Shown one piece after another: positions 55,562-63,353 of a stretch of DNA of 64,000 bases (position 1 is the stretch's first letter; every line of letters starts with the position of its first letter). The position numbers were made by a program, and so were the translations under genes. The DNA comes from a virus. Taxonomy: Duplodnaviria > Caudoviricetes. Under the pieces are notes generated by a model. The model saw only the letters and a list, made by a program, of their open reading frames with translations, did no database searches and had not been told where the DNA came from. The stretch lies in IMG/VR virus record IMGVR_UViG_3300037067_004487, positions 697 through 64,696 of that record. One strand, written 5' to 3'.

Positions 55562-56979
55562 GCCTCACTCCTCAGCGGCACGCCGCACAAGCTCCACAAG
55601 TGCCACTGCAGCCTGCAGCGGTACGACGCCATTTCCGACTTGACGGAGCTGGTGAGCGCGGGATTCGTCCACCACCACGGCCAGCCCATCAGCCACGCCC
55701 CGAACGCCGGGTTCAGTCGCCGGGGCGAGCCATGGGGCAGCCTGCGCGATGTCTGCCCATCGTGCGTCTGTTGGGCCTGGCGCAAAAAGTGGTGCTCCAC
55801 GTAGTCGGGGAGCTGATCCATGTGTTTGCGCCCCGTCCCGTTCACCTCGACGTGCGCCGTGGAGTTCGTCCCCTTCCAGTATCGGCTCGCTGGCGTGGGC
55901 CACTGCGCCGCCGCGCTCGGCAGCATCAGGTCGCCCTTGCTCCCCGCTTGATTCGGCCCGCCCTTCGTTCCATCCGTCGCCCGTGGCGTCGGCCATTGCT
56001 GGGCCTGCCCCGTCAACGTCAGGCGCTCCATGCCCTTCTGGCCCCGGTCGCGCGTGTATTCGTTCCCCTGCGAGTTCGATACGCTCGGCGTCATCCAGAG
56101 CACCGCATCCCGGTTCAGGTTGCCGCCCTGGGTGCTCGCCAGGTCGGCTCCCGGCCTGCGGCCATCGTGGGCGTTGGGCGTGGCCCACAGCTTGGCCGCC
56201 AGCGCTATCGTCGGCCGCGCGGTGGCGTTCGGTGATGTGGAGCGGTTGATGCGTTCGTGTCCCGTGTCCGGGGTCGGCCACATCGGTGCATTCCAGTACG
56301 CGGCTTCTGTCGGTAGCCCGGTTGTCCGTTTTGTTGCCGCACAGCGCTGCGCCGATGGGTCGATCTTGCTCATGTCGCGCGCGCCGCTGCATACATCCGG
56401 CGTTGTCCACATCCCGCCGCCAGGCAAGGCAAAACCAGCGGCTGCGCCCATGGCTGGCGCCCACGTCGGACGCGGAAATAGTGAGCCATTCCGCGTCCCA
56501 CCCGCGGTCGGCCAGTTCTCCCACGACGCGGGCGGCCGCGCGCTCTTCGAGAGCGCCTTCGGCTTCGTCCACAGCGGTGGCTGTGGCAGTAGCGATGGCT
56601 GCGACGTTCTCCAGAAAGAGGAGCTGCGCACCGCAATCGTCGGCGAGAGTGAGGATGTCGAAGAACAGGCCCGAGCGCTTGCCATCGAGGCCAGCACGCC
56701 GGCCGGCGATGCTGATGTCTTGGCACGGGAAGCCCGCAATGAGGAAATCCACGCATCCGCGCCACGCTGCGCCTCGGAAGGTGAGCAGGTCAGACCAAAT
56801 AGGACACGGATCAAGCGCTCCCGCTTCCATAAGGCGGGCAAGCTGTGCGGCAGCAGGGGCTTCCCGCTCCACGTAGCAAACGGTTCGGTGCTCGACGCCG
56901 AGATACTCGAATCCGGCCCTTGCGCCTTCTCCGAGCATGCCGACGCCGGCGCACAACTCGATGGAATGTAGAGCCACAT
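55558..56979 (-). CDS. C5-methyltransferase beta-type subunit in an overlapping frame (W-x-T-P repeats + motif IX)
   Basis: Stop-free for about 475 codons; six W-x-T-P repeats; RRLNPAFGAWLMGWP motif IX-like; SD GAAGGA; stop coupled to the next gene. Confidence 0.75.
   Translation of the reverse strand: MWLYIPSSCAPASACSEKAQGPDSSISASSTEPFATWSGKPLLPHSLPALWKRERLIRVLFGLTCSPSEAQRGADAWISSLRASRAKTSASPAGVLASMASARACSSTSSLSPTIAVRSSSFWRTSQPSLLPQPPLWTKPKALSKSARPPASWENWPTAGGTRNGSLFPRPTWAPAMGAAAGFALPGGGMWTTPDVCSGARDMSKIDPSAQRCAATKRTTGLPTEAAYWNAPMWPTPDTGHERINRSTSPNATARPTIALAAKLWATPNAHDGRRPGADLASTQGGNLNRDAVLWMTPSVSNSQGNEYTRDRGQKGMERLTLTGQAQQWPTPRATDGTKGGPNQAGSKGDLMLPSAAAQWPTPASRYWKGTNSTAHVEVNGTGRKHMDQLPDYVEHHFLRQAQQTHDGQTSRRLPHGSPRRLNPAFGAWLMGWPWWWTNPALTSSVKSEMASYRCRLQWHLWSLCGVPLRSEA
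55565..56977 (-). CDS. C5-cytosine DNA methyltransferase catalytic (alpha) frame
   Basis: IELCAGVGM (I), AGFPCQDIS (IV), FLENV (VI), HGRSRWF (VIII), QLRQVGNGVVP (X); start GTG 56977 or ATG 56992. Confidence 0.9.
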   Translation of the reverse strand: MALHSIELCAGVGMLGEGARAGFEYLGVEHRTVCYVEREAPAAAQLARLMEAGALDPCPIWSDLLTFRGAAWRGCVDFLIAGFPCQDISIAGRRAGLDGKRSGLFFDILTLADDCGAQLLFLENVAAIATATATAVDEAEGALEERAAARVVGELADRGWDAEWLTISASDVGASHGRSRWFCLAWRRDVDNAGCMQRRARHEQDRPIGAALCGNKTDNRATDRSRVLECTDVADPGHGTRTHQPLHITERHRAADDSAGGQAVGHAQRPRWPQAGSRPGEHPGRQPEPGCGALDDAERIELAGERIHARPGPEGHGAPDVDGAGPAMADATGDGWNEGRAESSGEQGRPDAAERGGAVAHASEPILEGDELHGARRGERDGAQTHGSAPRLRGAPLFAPGPTDARWADIAQAAPWLAPATEPGVRGVADGLAVVVDESRAHQLRQVGNGVVPLQAAVALVELVRRAAEE

Positions 56980-56995
56980 GCTCATCCTTCATGAA

Positions 56996-57020
56996 TAAAA
57001 AAGCCCGCATGTGGCGGGCT
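56996..57020 (-). terminator. Intrinsic terminator just upstream of the MTase
   Basis: Minus strand AGCCCGC-CACAT-GCGGGCT followed by a U tract. Confidence 0.7.
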
Positions 57021-57106
57021 CAAGTGGGGGTGGCGAAAAAGCACCGCAGGGCTGAAACTCAGTGCTCGCGGTACAACAAGGGCTCATGCAATTTGTGGAG
57101 AACCAC

Positions 57107-57346
57107 ATGACAGAAGCTCGGTTTGGAATCCGCGTTCGCAACGCTGCTGGCGAAGTGGCCACGATCTATCAATGCGGGACGCTGATCCTCGGTCGCGCAA
57201 GGGGCGAAGCCCAGACAACAAAACCGAGACCCCTGCGATACGAGACCGCAGATGGCAAGCCGTTGACGGAGCGTGAGCCCTCTCCGGAGGGGAGACGGTC
57301 ATGGACAGACCCGGCTACGAACGAGCACTTCACCGAGCGCTCATAA
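57107..57346 (+). CDS. Moron-like hypothetical protein (counter-oriented)
   Basis: GGAG SD; opposite strand to the surrounding operon. Confidence 0.55.
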   Translation: MTEARFGIRVRNAAGEVATIYQCGTLILGRARGEAQTTKPRPLRYETADGKPLTEREPSPEGRRSWTDPATNEHFTERS

Positions 57347-57440
57347 GACGTCTCCGGATGGCTTCCGAAATTGAAGCGCAGGGCTCAATTGGCATAGCGC
57401 GGCTACATTGATCGGGGTTGAAACGCTTTGGAGCCGCACG

Positions 57441-57686
57441 ATGCATAAGCTCGACAAGAAAACCTTGGCGATGCTTCGAAATTGGAAGAACAAATACGGC
57501 CTTGACGTCATAGAAGACCGCCTTGACAGCGGCCTTTTCCACAACGACAAAGCCATGCAGCAGGCTTGCTATGCGTGGATACGGGCACAACGAGCCGCGC
57601 CCGTGATCCTTCTAGCCGTCAAGTTCGTTTTCGGTCTGGCTGTTTTCCTTGGCGCTATAGCTAGCGTGATTGCCGTGTTCAAGTAG
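57441..57686 (+). CDS. Moron-like membrane protein
   Basis: GGAG SD; C-terminal TM VILLAVKFVFGLAVFLGAIASVIAVF. Confidence 0.6.
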   Translation: MHKLDKKTLAMLRNWKNKYGLDVIEDRLDSGLFHNDKAMQQACYAWIRAQRAAPVILLAVKFVFGLAVFLGAIASVIAVFK

Positions 57687-57740
57687 CCCCTTGCGCTGCG
57701 CGGGAGAAAAACCAGCCCGCAGGGTGTCGGGCTGTGGACA

Positions 57741-58382
57741 TCAGGCAACCGCCAGCGCTCCGGCGACCGGTGTCCCCTTGATCGCGAAATACACCTCCAT
57801 GCATCCCTGCACATCGGCCATGGCGCTGTGGGCGTTCTCCAACTCGCGGCCGGTGAAGTGCCTGTAGGCTTCGCTCAGGTTCGCGCTCTTGAAGTGGTTG
57901 CGGCCAGCGGCGCGCATCTTGGCCGTGGGTGGCAGCTTCAAGATGGGGGTGGAAAGGATCTGCGTGCATTCGGCGCGGCTGGCCTTCCACTCGTCCGATG
58001 GCGGGATGGCAAGGCCTGGGTCGCGCGGATCGACGTGGCGTTTGAGCGCGATGCGCAGGATGCGCGCATCAAAGCTCTCGTTGTGGGCAATGCGCAGGCG
58101 GCCGCGCCACAGCTCCATGAACATGTCCACGGCCTGTGCCTCGGGAATGCCCACGTCCATGGCGTGCTCGGTTGTGATGCCGTGGATGGCGGCCACCTCG
58201 TCGGGGATCGTCCAGCCGTTGGGGCGCACGATCACGTCCATGCTGGCGATGGTTCTGCGTGTGTCCAGGTCAACCAGGCAGGCCGCGAGTTGGACGATGT
58301 GTGGCTGGGCCGGGGACTCGGAGGGCTCGCTGAACAGCGGGAGCCCCTGGGTTTCCGTGTCGTAGAAGAGGGCGAAGGTCAT
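57741..58382 (-). CDS. DEDDh 3'-5' exonuclease (DnaQ-like)
   Basis: FYDTETQG, IAHNESFD, AHSAMADV. Confidence 0.92.
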   Translation of the reverse strand: MTFALFYDTETQGLPLFSEPSESPAQPHIVQLAACLVDLDTRRTIASMDVIVRPNGWTIPDEVAAIHGITTEHAMDVGIPEAQAVDMFMELWRGRLRIAHNESFDARILRIALKRHVDPRDPGLAIPPSDEWKASRAECTQILSTPILKLPPTAKMRAAGRNHFKSANLSEAYRHFTGRELENAHSAMADVQGCMEVYFAIKGTPVAGALAVA

Positions 58383-60229
58383 GCTGCCTCCAATTGGCTG
58401 ATGTTTTGGATGTGCTGCGTCAGGAGCATCAAGAGTCGGGCGAACTGCGCTTCGCTGAAAAGGTGCGCGCTCTTGTCGCGGGCCAGGGCTTCGATGCCGA
58501 ACTGCGCCATCCCCGCAGTGCTGATGGACAGCGGTGCCAGACGGGCGTTGATATCGCCCAGCTTCAGAGTCGGCTCGTTGTCGGGTTCATCGCCGCTGGT
58601 CGCCTCGACGATGTTTTCCGGTGGGTCGCGGAAGCACACACCGGGATCTGCCGTTGGTACGGGGAATTCAAGGCTGGCGCGGAACGCGGTTGCCGCCGCT
58701 TCCAACGCAGGCCTGTTGGCCTCAATGGCTGCGTGTGCCTGTTCTTGCGCCTGCTTCATGCGCTCGGCGGCTTCCGCTTGTGCGCGCTGCTGCTCTTCCG
58801 CACGGATGCGCTGGCGTTCAGCTTCGGCAGTTTTCTCGGCAGCGGCTAGGGCCTTGCGCTCTTCATCTTGGCGGATGCGCTCGCGCTCGGCCTCCAGGCG
58901 GGCGGCTTCCTGCGCGGCGTGCTCGGCGATCCGCGCCTTCACCAGCGTGGTGAGATCGTCCGGCGCCTTGAGCACGATGGCGGCCGTGTCAGAAAACAGG
59001 AACGCATGCTGGCTGGCCAGCTCGCGCAACGTCGTCAGGTTGATCTGGATGCGGTCGGCAATCTCATTGGCGGCGATCTTGGCGCGCGCCAGCTCGGTAT
59101 CCACGGCATCACGCAGGCTGTCCACGGTGCGCTTGCCCTTGATCGAGCCAGCGAAGTCGCTTGGCACCTGGGGCATGTAGGGCTTGCCCAGTCGGGTGTT
59201 CAGGTTGGCGATGTGCGCTGCGAACGCCTTTTGGCCGCGCTGCACGTGCGCCAGCTTGATGCGTTCCTTTTCGGCGGCCAGCAGCTTCTCGGCTGCCAGG
59301 CGCGTGTCCCGCGTGAGCTTGTGCAGCATGTCCTTCTGGCGCTTGAAGGCCGATAGCATCGCGGCCTGGGACAGGGCCTGTTCTTCGGACGCATCCAGCG
59401 CTGCCTCGGCACCCTTGAGTGCCTTGATCTGCAGGTCGAGACTGGCGAAGTCCAGATCGGTTTCCGGCTGGCGGATCAAGCGGTGCTCGATGAAGTCGCG
59501 CAGGGCCACTTCGTACTCGGGCAGGTTGTCTTTCAGGTCGATGCTGCCGGTCACCTGGGCGAACACGGCGGGCAGGGCGGTGACGGCCTCGGCCACCACC
59601 TTCGCCGGCGCGGCGTCGGGAACCACGTAGGCGGCCACGTCCTTCTCAAACTGCTCCCAGCCCGAGATGATCCTGGCGCGCATCGCCGAGTCCGGCGTGT
59701 ACCAGCAGTGCCGGACCTCGCCGATTTGCCCGTCCTCATCCAGGCTCGCCGCGGTGAACAGGATGCGCTCGCAGCCGGACACCAGCGCCTGCTGCTCCAT
59801 CTGCGCCCGATAGTGCTCAGGCAGGCGCGCGCCGTAGCTGTCGTCGCAGATTTCGTACGGCATGGCCTGGCGCAAGCTGGCGTTGAGCGTCTTGCACTCC
59901 CACGCCACGTCTTCGACGAACGTGATGCCGTCGAAGCTGGCGCTGTAGGTACCATCGGTGCCGACGCACGGGCTCAGTTCCTCGCCGATGACCTTCTCCG
60001 CCAGCGGCCGGGCCAGCTCTTCGATGCGGTGGCCGCGGTCAAAGATGCGTTGCTGCTCGGGGGTGACATCGGGGGTGATGCCCGTGGCGCGCTCGCGCAG
60101 AAAGTCCGCTCGGCTCTTGTAGGGGCTGATGCCCAGCATGGCCGGGGCATCGCTGGCGTTGCGCGCGGTGGCGCGGTGCTGGTGCCACTCGGGCGAACCT
60201 TGGCGGAGCTTGAGAATCATGAAGGTCAT
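58379..60229 (-). CDS. YqaJ-like recombination exonuclease with coiled-coil extension
   Basis: QGSPEWHQHR..NASDAPAMLGISPYKS; SASFDG; WECK; QMEQQ. Confidence 0.9.
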   Translation of the reverse strand: MTFMILKLRQGSPEWHQHRATARNASDAPAMLGISPYKSRADFLRERATGITPDVTPEQQRIFDRGHRIEELARPLAEKVIGEELSPCVGTDGTYSASFDGITFVEDVAWECKTLNASLRQAMPYEICDDSYGARLPEHYRAQMEQQALVSGCERILFTAASLDEDGQIGEVRHCWYTPDSAMRARIISGWEQFEKDVAAYVVPDAAPAKVVAEAVTALPAVFAQVTGSIDLKDNLPEYEVALRDFIEHRLIRQPETDLDFASLDLQIKALKGAEAALDASEEQALSQAAMLSAFKRQKDMLHKLTRDTRLAAEKLLAAEKERIKLAHVQRGQKAFAAHIANLNTRLGKPYMPQVPSDFAGSIKGKRTVDSLRDAVDTELARAKIAANEIADRIQINLTTLRELASQHAFLFSDTAAIVLKAPDDLTTLVKARIAEHAAQEAARLEAERERIRQDEERKALAAAEKTAEAERQRIRAEEQQRAQAEAAERMKQAQEQAHAAIEANRPALEAAATAFRASLEFPVPTADPGVCFRDPPENIVEATSGDEPDNEPTLKLGDINARLAPLSISTAGMAQFGIEALARDKSAHLFSEAQFARLLMLLTQHIQNISQLEAA

Positions 60230-61311
60230 TCGGCGTTCTCCAGCTCGGCGATGCGAGCGTCAAAGATTTCGGTCAACCGCAGGCGTGCGGCCTCGTCGGT
60301 CACGGCTTCGATCAACCCGCCCAGCTCGTAGAGCTTGTCCAGGTTGTCGGCGGCCTGCATGTCGGTTTCGAGCTTTTGCTGGTCAACCTGCGGGGCGTCG
60401 CCGTTGGTCTTCACCTGCTGCTGAGTCGGCTGCTTGGGCTGCTGCAGCTTGGCAACCTCGTCGCGCAGCTGCTTCTCTTGCTCGGGCGTGACATCGGCCT
60501 TGGCGCGCAGCCATGCCAGCGCGTCGTCGATGGTCTTGCCGCGCGCGATGCCCTTGAGCACCATGGGCATGCTGGCCTGCCAGTCTTCGGCAGTCCAAAC
60601 GGGTTTCTCGGGCGGCGGGACGACTTCTGCTGGCCCCATGAATTTCTCCGAGGCAGTTGGTAGCTCGTCTTCCGTGTAGACGCCGAGCAGCACGCCGGGT
60701 TTGTTCAGGCGCACGAACTTGCGCAGCGCGAGATAGCAGATTTGCTGCTTCGGGTCGGTCGCCCACTGCGTGGAAAAGCGCGGGTAGGCTTGAGACATCA
60801 GCAGCTCCAGCTCGCGCGGCTTCTTCTCGCCGCGCAGCGTGGCGCGAACGATCACGCCCAGGCCCTGCTCATCGGCCTTGGTGTAGGTGGCGACGTAATA
60901 CTTGCCGCCCTTGTCGCTCTTGCGCTCTTCGACCTTGCCGAGCACCTTGCTCCAGTCGCCGAAGTGCTCGTACTCCGGGTCGCCTTCCAGCTCGCCGCTG
61001 TTCTGGATCACGGCGTTGACCAGTTGGGCCTCGTACCCAAGCGCGCCGCCCTGCGTGACGTGGGTTTTCTGTGCGACTGCGAAGGGGTTCATGCCCCACG
61101 TGAGGGCCTGCATGGTCACAGCGGCGCAGTCGGCCTCGTTGCCGTGGAAGTGACGGGGTACCGTGATGCCGCCTCGCGCCATCATCTTGCCGAAGGCTTG
61201 GATGCGATCCCACGCCGGGCCGAGGATCATGGAGGCGGCATCAAGGCGCGCGATTTCGTTACCTTGGCTGGCCAGGGCCAGCGCTGAGGATTCGGTGGTG
61301 GTCTCTTTCAT
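60226..61311 (-). CDS. recT: RecT-like single-strand annealing protein
   Basis: WGMNPFAVAQKTHV..LGYEAQLVNAVI; PKQQICYLALR..LLGVYTEDE. Confidence 0.85.
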   Translation of the reverse strand: MKETTTESSALALASQGNEIARLDAASMILGPAWDRIQAFGKMMARGGITVPRHFHGNEADCAAVTMQALTWGMNPFAVAQKTHVTQGGALGYEAQLVNAVIQNSGELEGDPEYEHFGDWSKVLGKVEERKSDKGGKYYVATYTKADEQGLGVIVRATLRGEKKPRELELLMSQAYPRFSTQWATDPKQQICYLALRKFVRLNKPGVLLGVYTEDELPTASEKFMGPAEVVPPPEKPVWTAEDWQASMPMVLKGIARGKTIDDALAWLRAKADVTPEQEKQLRDEVAKLQQPKQPTQQQVKTNGDAPQVDQQKLETDMQAADNLDKLYELGGLIEAVTDEAARLRLTEIFDARIAELENAE

Positions 61312-61508
61312 GCCCGTTCCTTTGCAAATTGCTCTTGTGTGATCTGCTCGCAGCGTGCCTTGCCGCCTTCCTTGGCCGCATCAGCGGCGCGCGCCTTGAA
61401 GAAGCGATCGGCGCTCCAGACGCGGTGCAGCGCGACGTAGGAGTTGCCTTCCTTGCTGGTGTGGCGCGCGTACACGTCGCGCGCGCAGAAGTCGTCTGTC
61501 TGAGTCAT
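61308..61508 (-). CDS. Hypothetical protein
   Basis: YVALHRVWSADRFF; ATGA coupling to recT. Confidence 0.6.
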   Translation of the reverse strand: MTQTDDFCARDVYARHTSKEGNSYVALHRVWSADRFFKARAADAAKEGGKARCEQITQEQFAKERA

Positions 61509-61610
61509 CTCATTTCCTGATTGCGGCAGTCCGCGCGTAGCTGGCTGCCTTCTTGATGGGGTGCTGCTTGACGAAGTGCCAGAACAACACGGCGAACTTG
61601 ATCCACTTCT

Positions 61611-61850
61611 TCATGCGAACCTCTCGGCCAGGAGCAGGCCCGCGAGGAATGCGGCTGCGATGGCGCACGTGAAAAGCACCGCGCGATCCGCACGGCGCCA
61701 GTAGCGCGCGCTGCGGTGTGGGCCGCTGAATGCATCGGCATCAGATGCGCGCGGCGGGCGCACGTAGCACCGGCCTATGCCTATGCCAGCGCTGGTCGTG
61801 ACGAAGCGCTCGCCAGATGGGCGCAGCTCGGGGTCGGTGATTGAGAGCAT
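61611..61850 (-). CDS. Small membrane protein
   Basis: FVTTSAGIGIGRCY..C-terminal TM; GGAGG SD. Confidence 0.55.
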   Translation of the reverse strand: MLSITDPELRPSGERFVTTSAGIGIGRCYVRPPRASDADAFSGPHRSARYWRRADRAVLFTCAIAAAFLAGLLLAERFA

Positions 61851-62056
61851 CAGAGCCTCCCGTCCGAGTGCTGCAGCTCCAGCTCGCGCGCGCGCTGGTC
61901 GTGCCTGCGATCCAGCTCGCCGCTCGTTTTGAGCCACAGGTAGTGCCGGTCGGCTTCTTCCCACTCGGCTTCGCCAACGATGCGATGGACTTCGGACGAC
62001 GGCGGCGCGAATGGTGCGAGCGCGCGGGCGATGGCGAGGGGTAGGTGGGCGTTCAT
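61850..62056 (-). CDS. Hypothetical protein
   Basis: GGAAG/GTGAG upstream; coupled at both ends. Confidence 0.5.
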   Translation of the reverse strand: MNAHLPLAIARALAPFAPPSSEVHRIVGEAEWEEADRHYLWLKTSGELDRRHDQRARELELQHSDGRL

Positions 62057-62631
62057 CACGCGCTCACTTCCTGCGGCTCGCGCGCCGCCTCGTGCGCCTT
62101 GATGGCTTCGCGGAACAGCTCCGCGCGGCTCGGCTCGTGATGGCCGACATTCCAGTGCGCCAGGGCCTGCTCGGCAGTCCACGGCCCCCGACACCCCGCG
62201 CGGTACTCGCCGTGTCGGACATGCAAGGCGTATTCCCACACGGCCAGGACCTGACCCGCACCGAACTCGATGGCTGAGTGGTCGAACGTGATGCCGTAGC
62301 TGATGTAGAGGTGGCCGCCCACACTGGTGAGCACCGGCAGGCTGGCACCCTCGGCCTCGATGGAGAGGTCGCCGCTCACGCTGGTGAGCACCGGCATGCT
62401 GGCACCCTCGGCCTCGATGGAGAGGTCGCCGCTCACGCTGGTGAGCACCGGCATGCTGGCACCCTCGGCCTCGATGGAGAGGTAGCCGCCCACACTGGTG
62501 AGCACCGGCAGGCTGGCACCCTCGGCCCGGATGTAGAGGTGGCCGGTGACCTCCGTGATGTCGGCGCAGTCTTTGAGATTCGCCTTCGTGACGATCAGAT
62601 CGCCGACGTACTTTGTATTGGATGCGGCCAT
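62056..62631 (-). CDS. LRR-like tandem-repeat protein
   Basis: Four 19-aa repeats AEGAS(L/M)PVLTSV(G/S)G(Y/D/H)L(S/Y)I; C-terminal YRAGCRGPWTAEQALAHW. Confidence 0.75.
   Translation of the reverse strand: MAASNTKYVGDLIVTKANLKDCADITEVTGHLYIRAEGASLPVLTSVGGYLSIEAEGASMPVLTSVSGDLSIEAEGASMPVLTSVSGDLSIEAEGASLPVLTSVGGHLYISYGITFDHSAIEFGAGQVLAVWEYALHVRHGEYRAGCRGPWTAEQALAHWNVGHHEPSRAELFREAIKAHEAAREPQEVSA
62303..62530. repeat. Four tandem 57-bp coding repeats
   Basis: Units 2 and 3 identical; units 1 and 4 nearly identical. Confidence 0.9.
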
Positions 62632-62646
62632 GTGGGCTCCTTTGGG

Positions 62647-62676
62647 GAAAGAAAAAGCCCGCTGGTGGGCGGGCTT
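62647..62676 (-). terminator. Intrinsic terminator after the tRNAs
   Basis: AAGCCCGC-CCACCA-GCGGGCTT followed by a U-rich tract on the minus strand. Confidence 0.7.
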
Positions 62677-62684
62677 GTGGGTGT

Positions 62685-62771
62685 TGGTGGATTGCTAGGG
62701 AGTCGAACCCCGTAACCCAGAAGGGCGGCGGATTTACAGTCCGCCACAGTCGCCAGTGCTGCTCGCAATCC
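62685..62771 (-). tRNA. tRNA-Tyr(GUA)
   Basis: Acceptor GGATTGC/GCAATCC + A-CCA; anticodon arm GCGGA-CTGTAAA-TCCGC; long variable arm; TTCGACT T-loop. Confidence 0.88.
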
Positions 62772-62778
62772 GAATTGA

Positions 62779-62852
62779 TGACGCATCAGGCGGGACTCGA
62801 ACCCGCGACCTTGCCGATATATCGGCCTCTCTACCGTCTGAGCTACTGATGC
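62779..62852 (-). tRNA. tRNA-like element with a collapsed anticodon loop
   Basis: Perfect acceptor GCATCAG/CTGATGC and T-arm GCGGG-TTCGAGT-CCCGC; D-arm GCTC-AGACGGTA-GAGA; anticodon arm GCCGA-TATA-TCGGC (4-nt loop); 3' end GTCA. Confidence 0.7.
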
Positions 62853-62886
62853 GGATGGGCCCCGCGTCCGGGCTGGATTACTCCGC

Positions 62887-63030
62887 ATCGCCCGTAGGCG
62901 ATCCACCATCAACCCATGTCACTCGATCCCAATTTCATCCGCCCTGCGCAAGGCGGCACATAGCTGCCGGGACTGGAGTAGGCAGCTTTCGGTGAATGAC
63001 ATGGGTTGATGGCTGTCGCTTACGGCGACA
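62887..63030 (-). ncRNA. Structured multi-stem RNA candidate
   Basis: Perfect 16-bp IR (62906-62921 / 62997-63012) enclosing two hairpins; flanking C-UACG-G and C-GUAA-G tetraloop hairpins on the minus strand. Confidence 0.6.
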
Positions 63031-63038
63031 AGTCACGA

Positions 63039-63353
63039 TTAACCTGGGCGAAAATCCAACGCCTGGAGCTTGCTGATGCGGTCGAGGATCGCGTTCTGCC
63101 GCGCCTGGCTTTCTGCGCGCTCCTTCTGCAGGGCAGTGTTCAGGCTCGCGATTTGGTTGCGCAGGGCTTCGTCCTGGCTGATGGCATCTACCGTGACCGT
63201 GGCTTGGCCGATGTGGGCGTAGCCCATTTCCTCGAAATGTGTGCTTCGACCTTCTCCGCCAGAAATGATGGGGCGGTCGTTGCCTGCCAATGCCCCATCA
63301 AGTGTTTGGTGGGGCGAGAGGTACGCCTGCGCGGTGAACGTGATCTTGCTCAT
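63039..63353 (-). CDS. First protein gene of the PL operon (coiled-coil C-terminus)
   Basis: AAGGAG SD; MSKITFTAQAY..IASLNTALQKERAESQARQNAILDRISKLQAL. Confidence 0.75.
   Translation of the reverse strand: MSKITFTAQAYLSPHQTLDGALAGNDRPIISGGEGRSTHFEEMGYAHIGQATVTVDAISQDEALRNQIASLNTALQKERAESQARQNAILDRISKLQALDFRPG

Noticed and set aside
62940-63000. Hammerhead-like core (CCGAAAGC..GCUA..CGGAUGA) in the structured RNA
   Set aside because: CUGAUGA is altered to CGGAUGA and stems I and II do not flank the core correctly.
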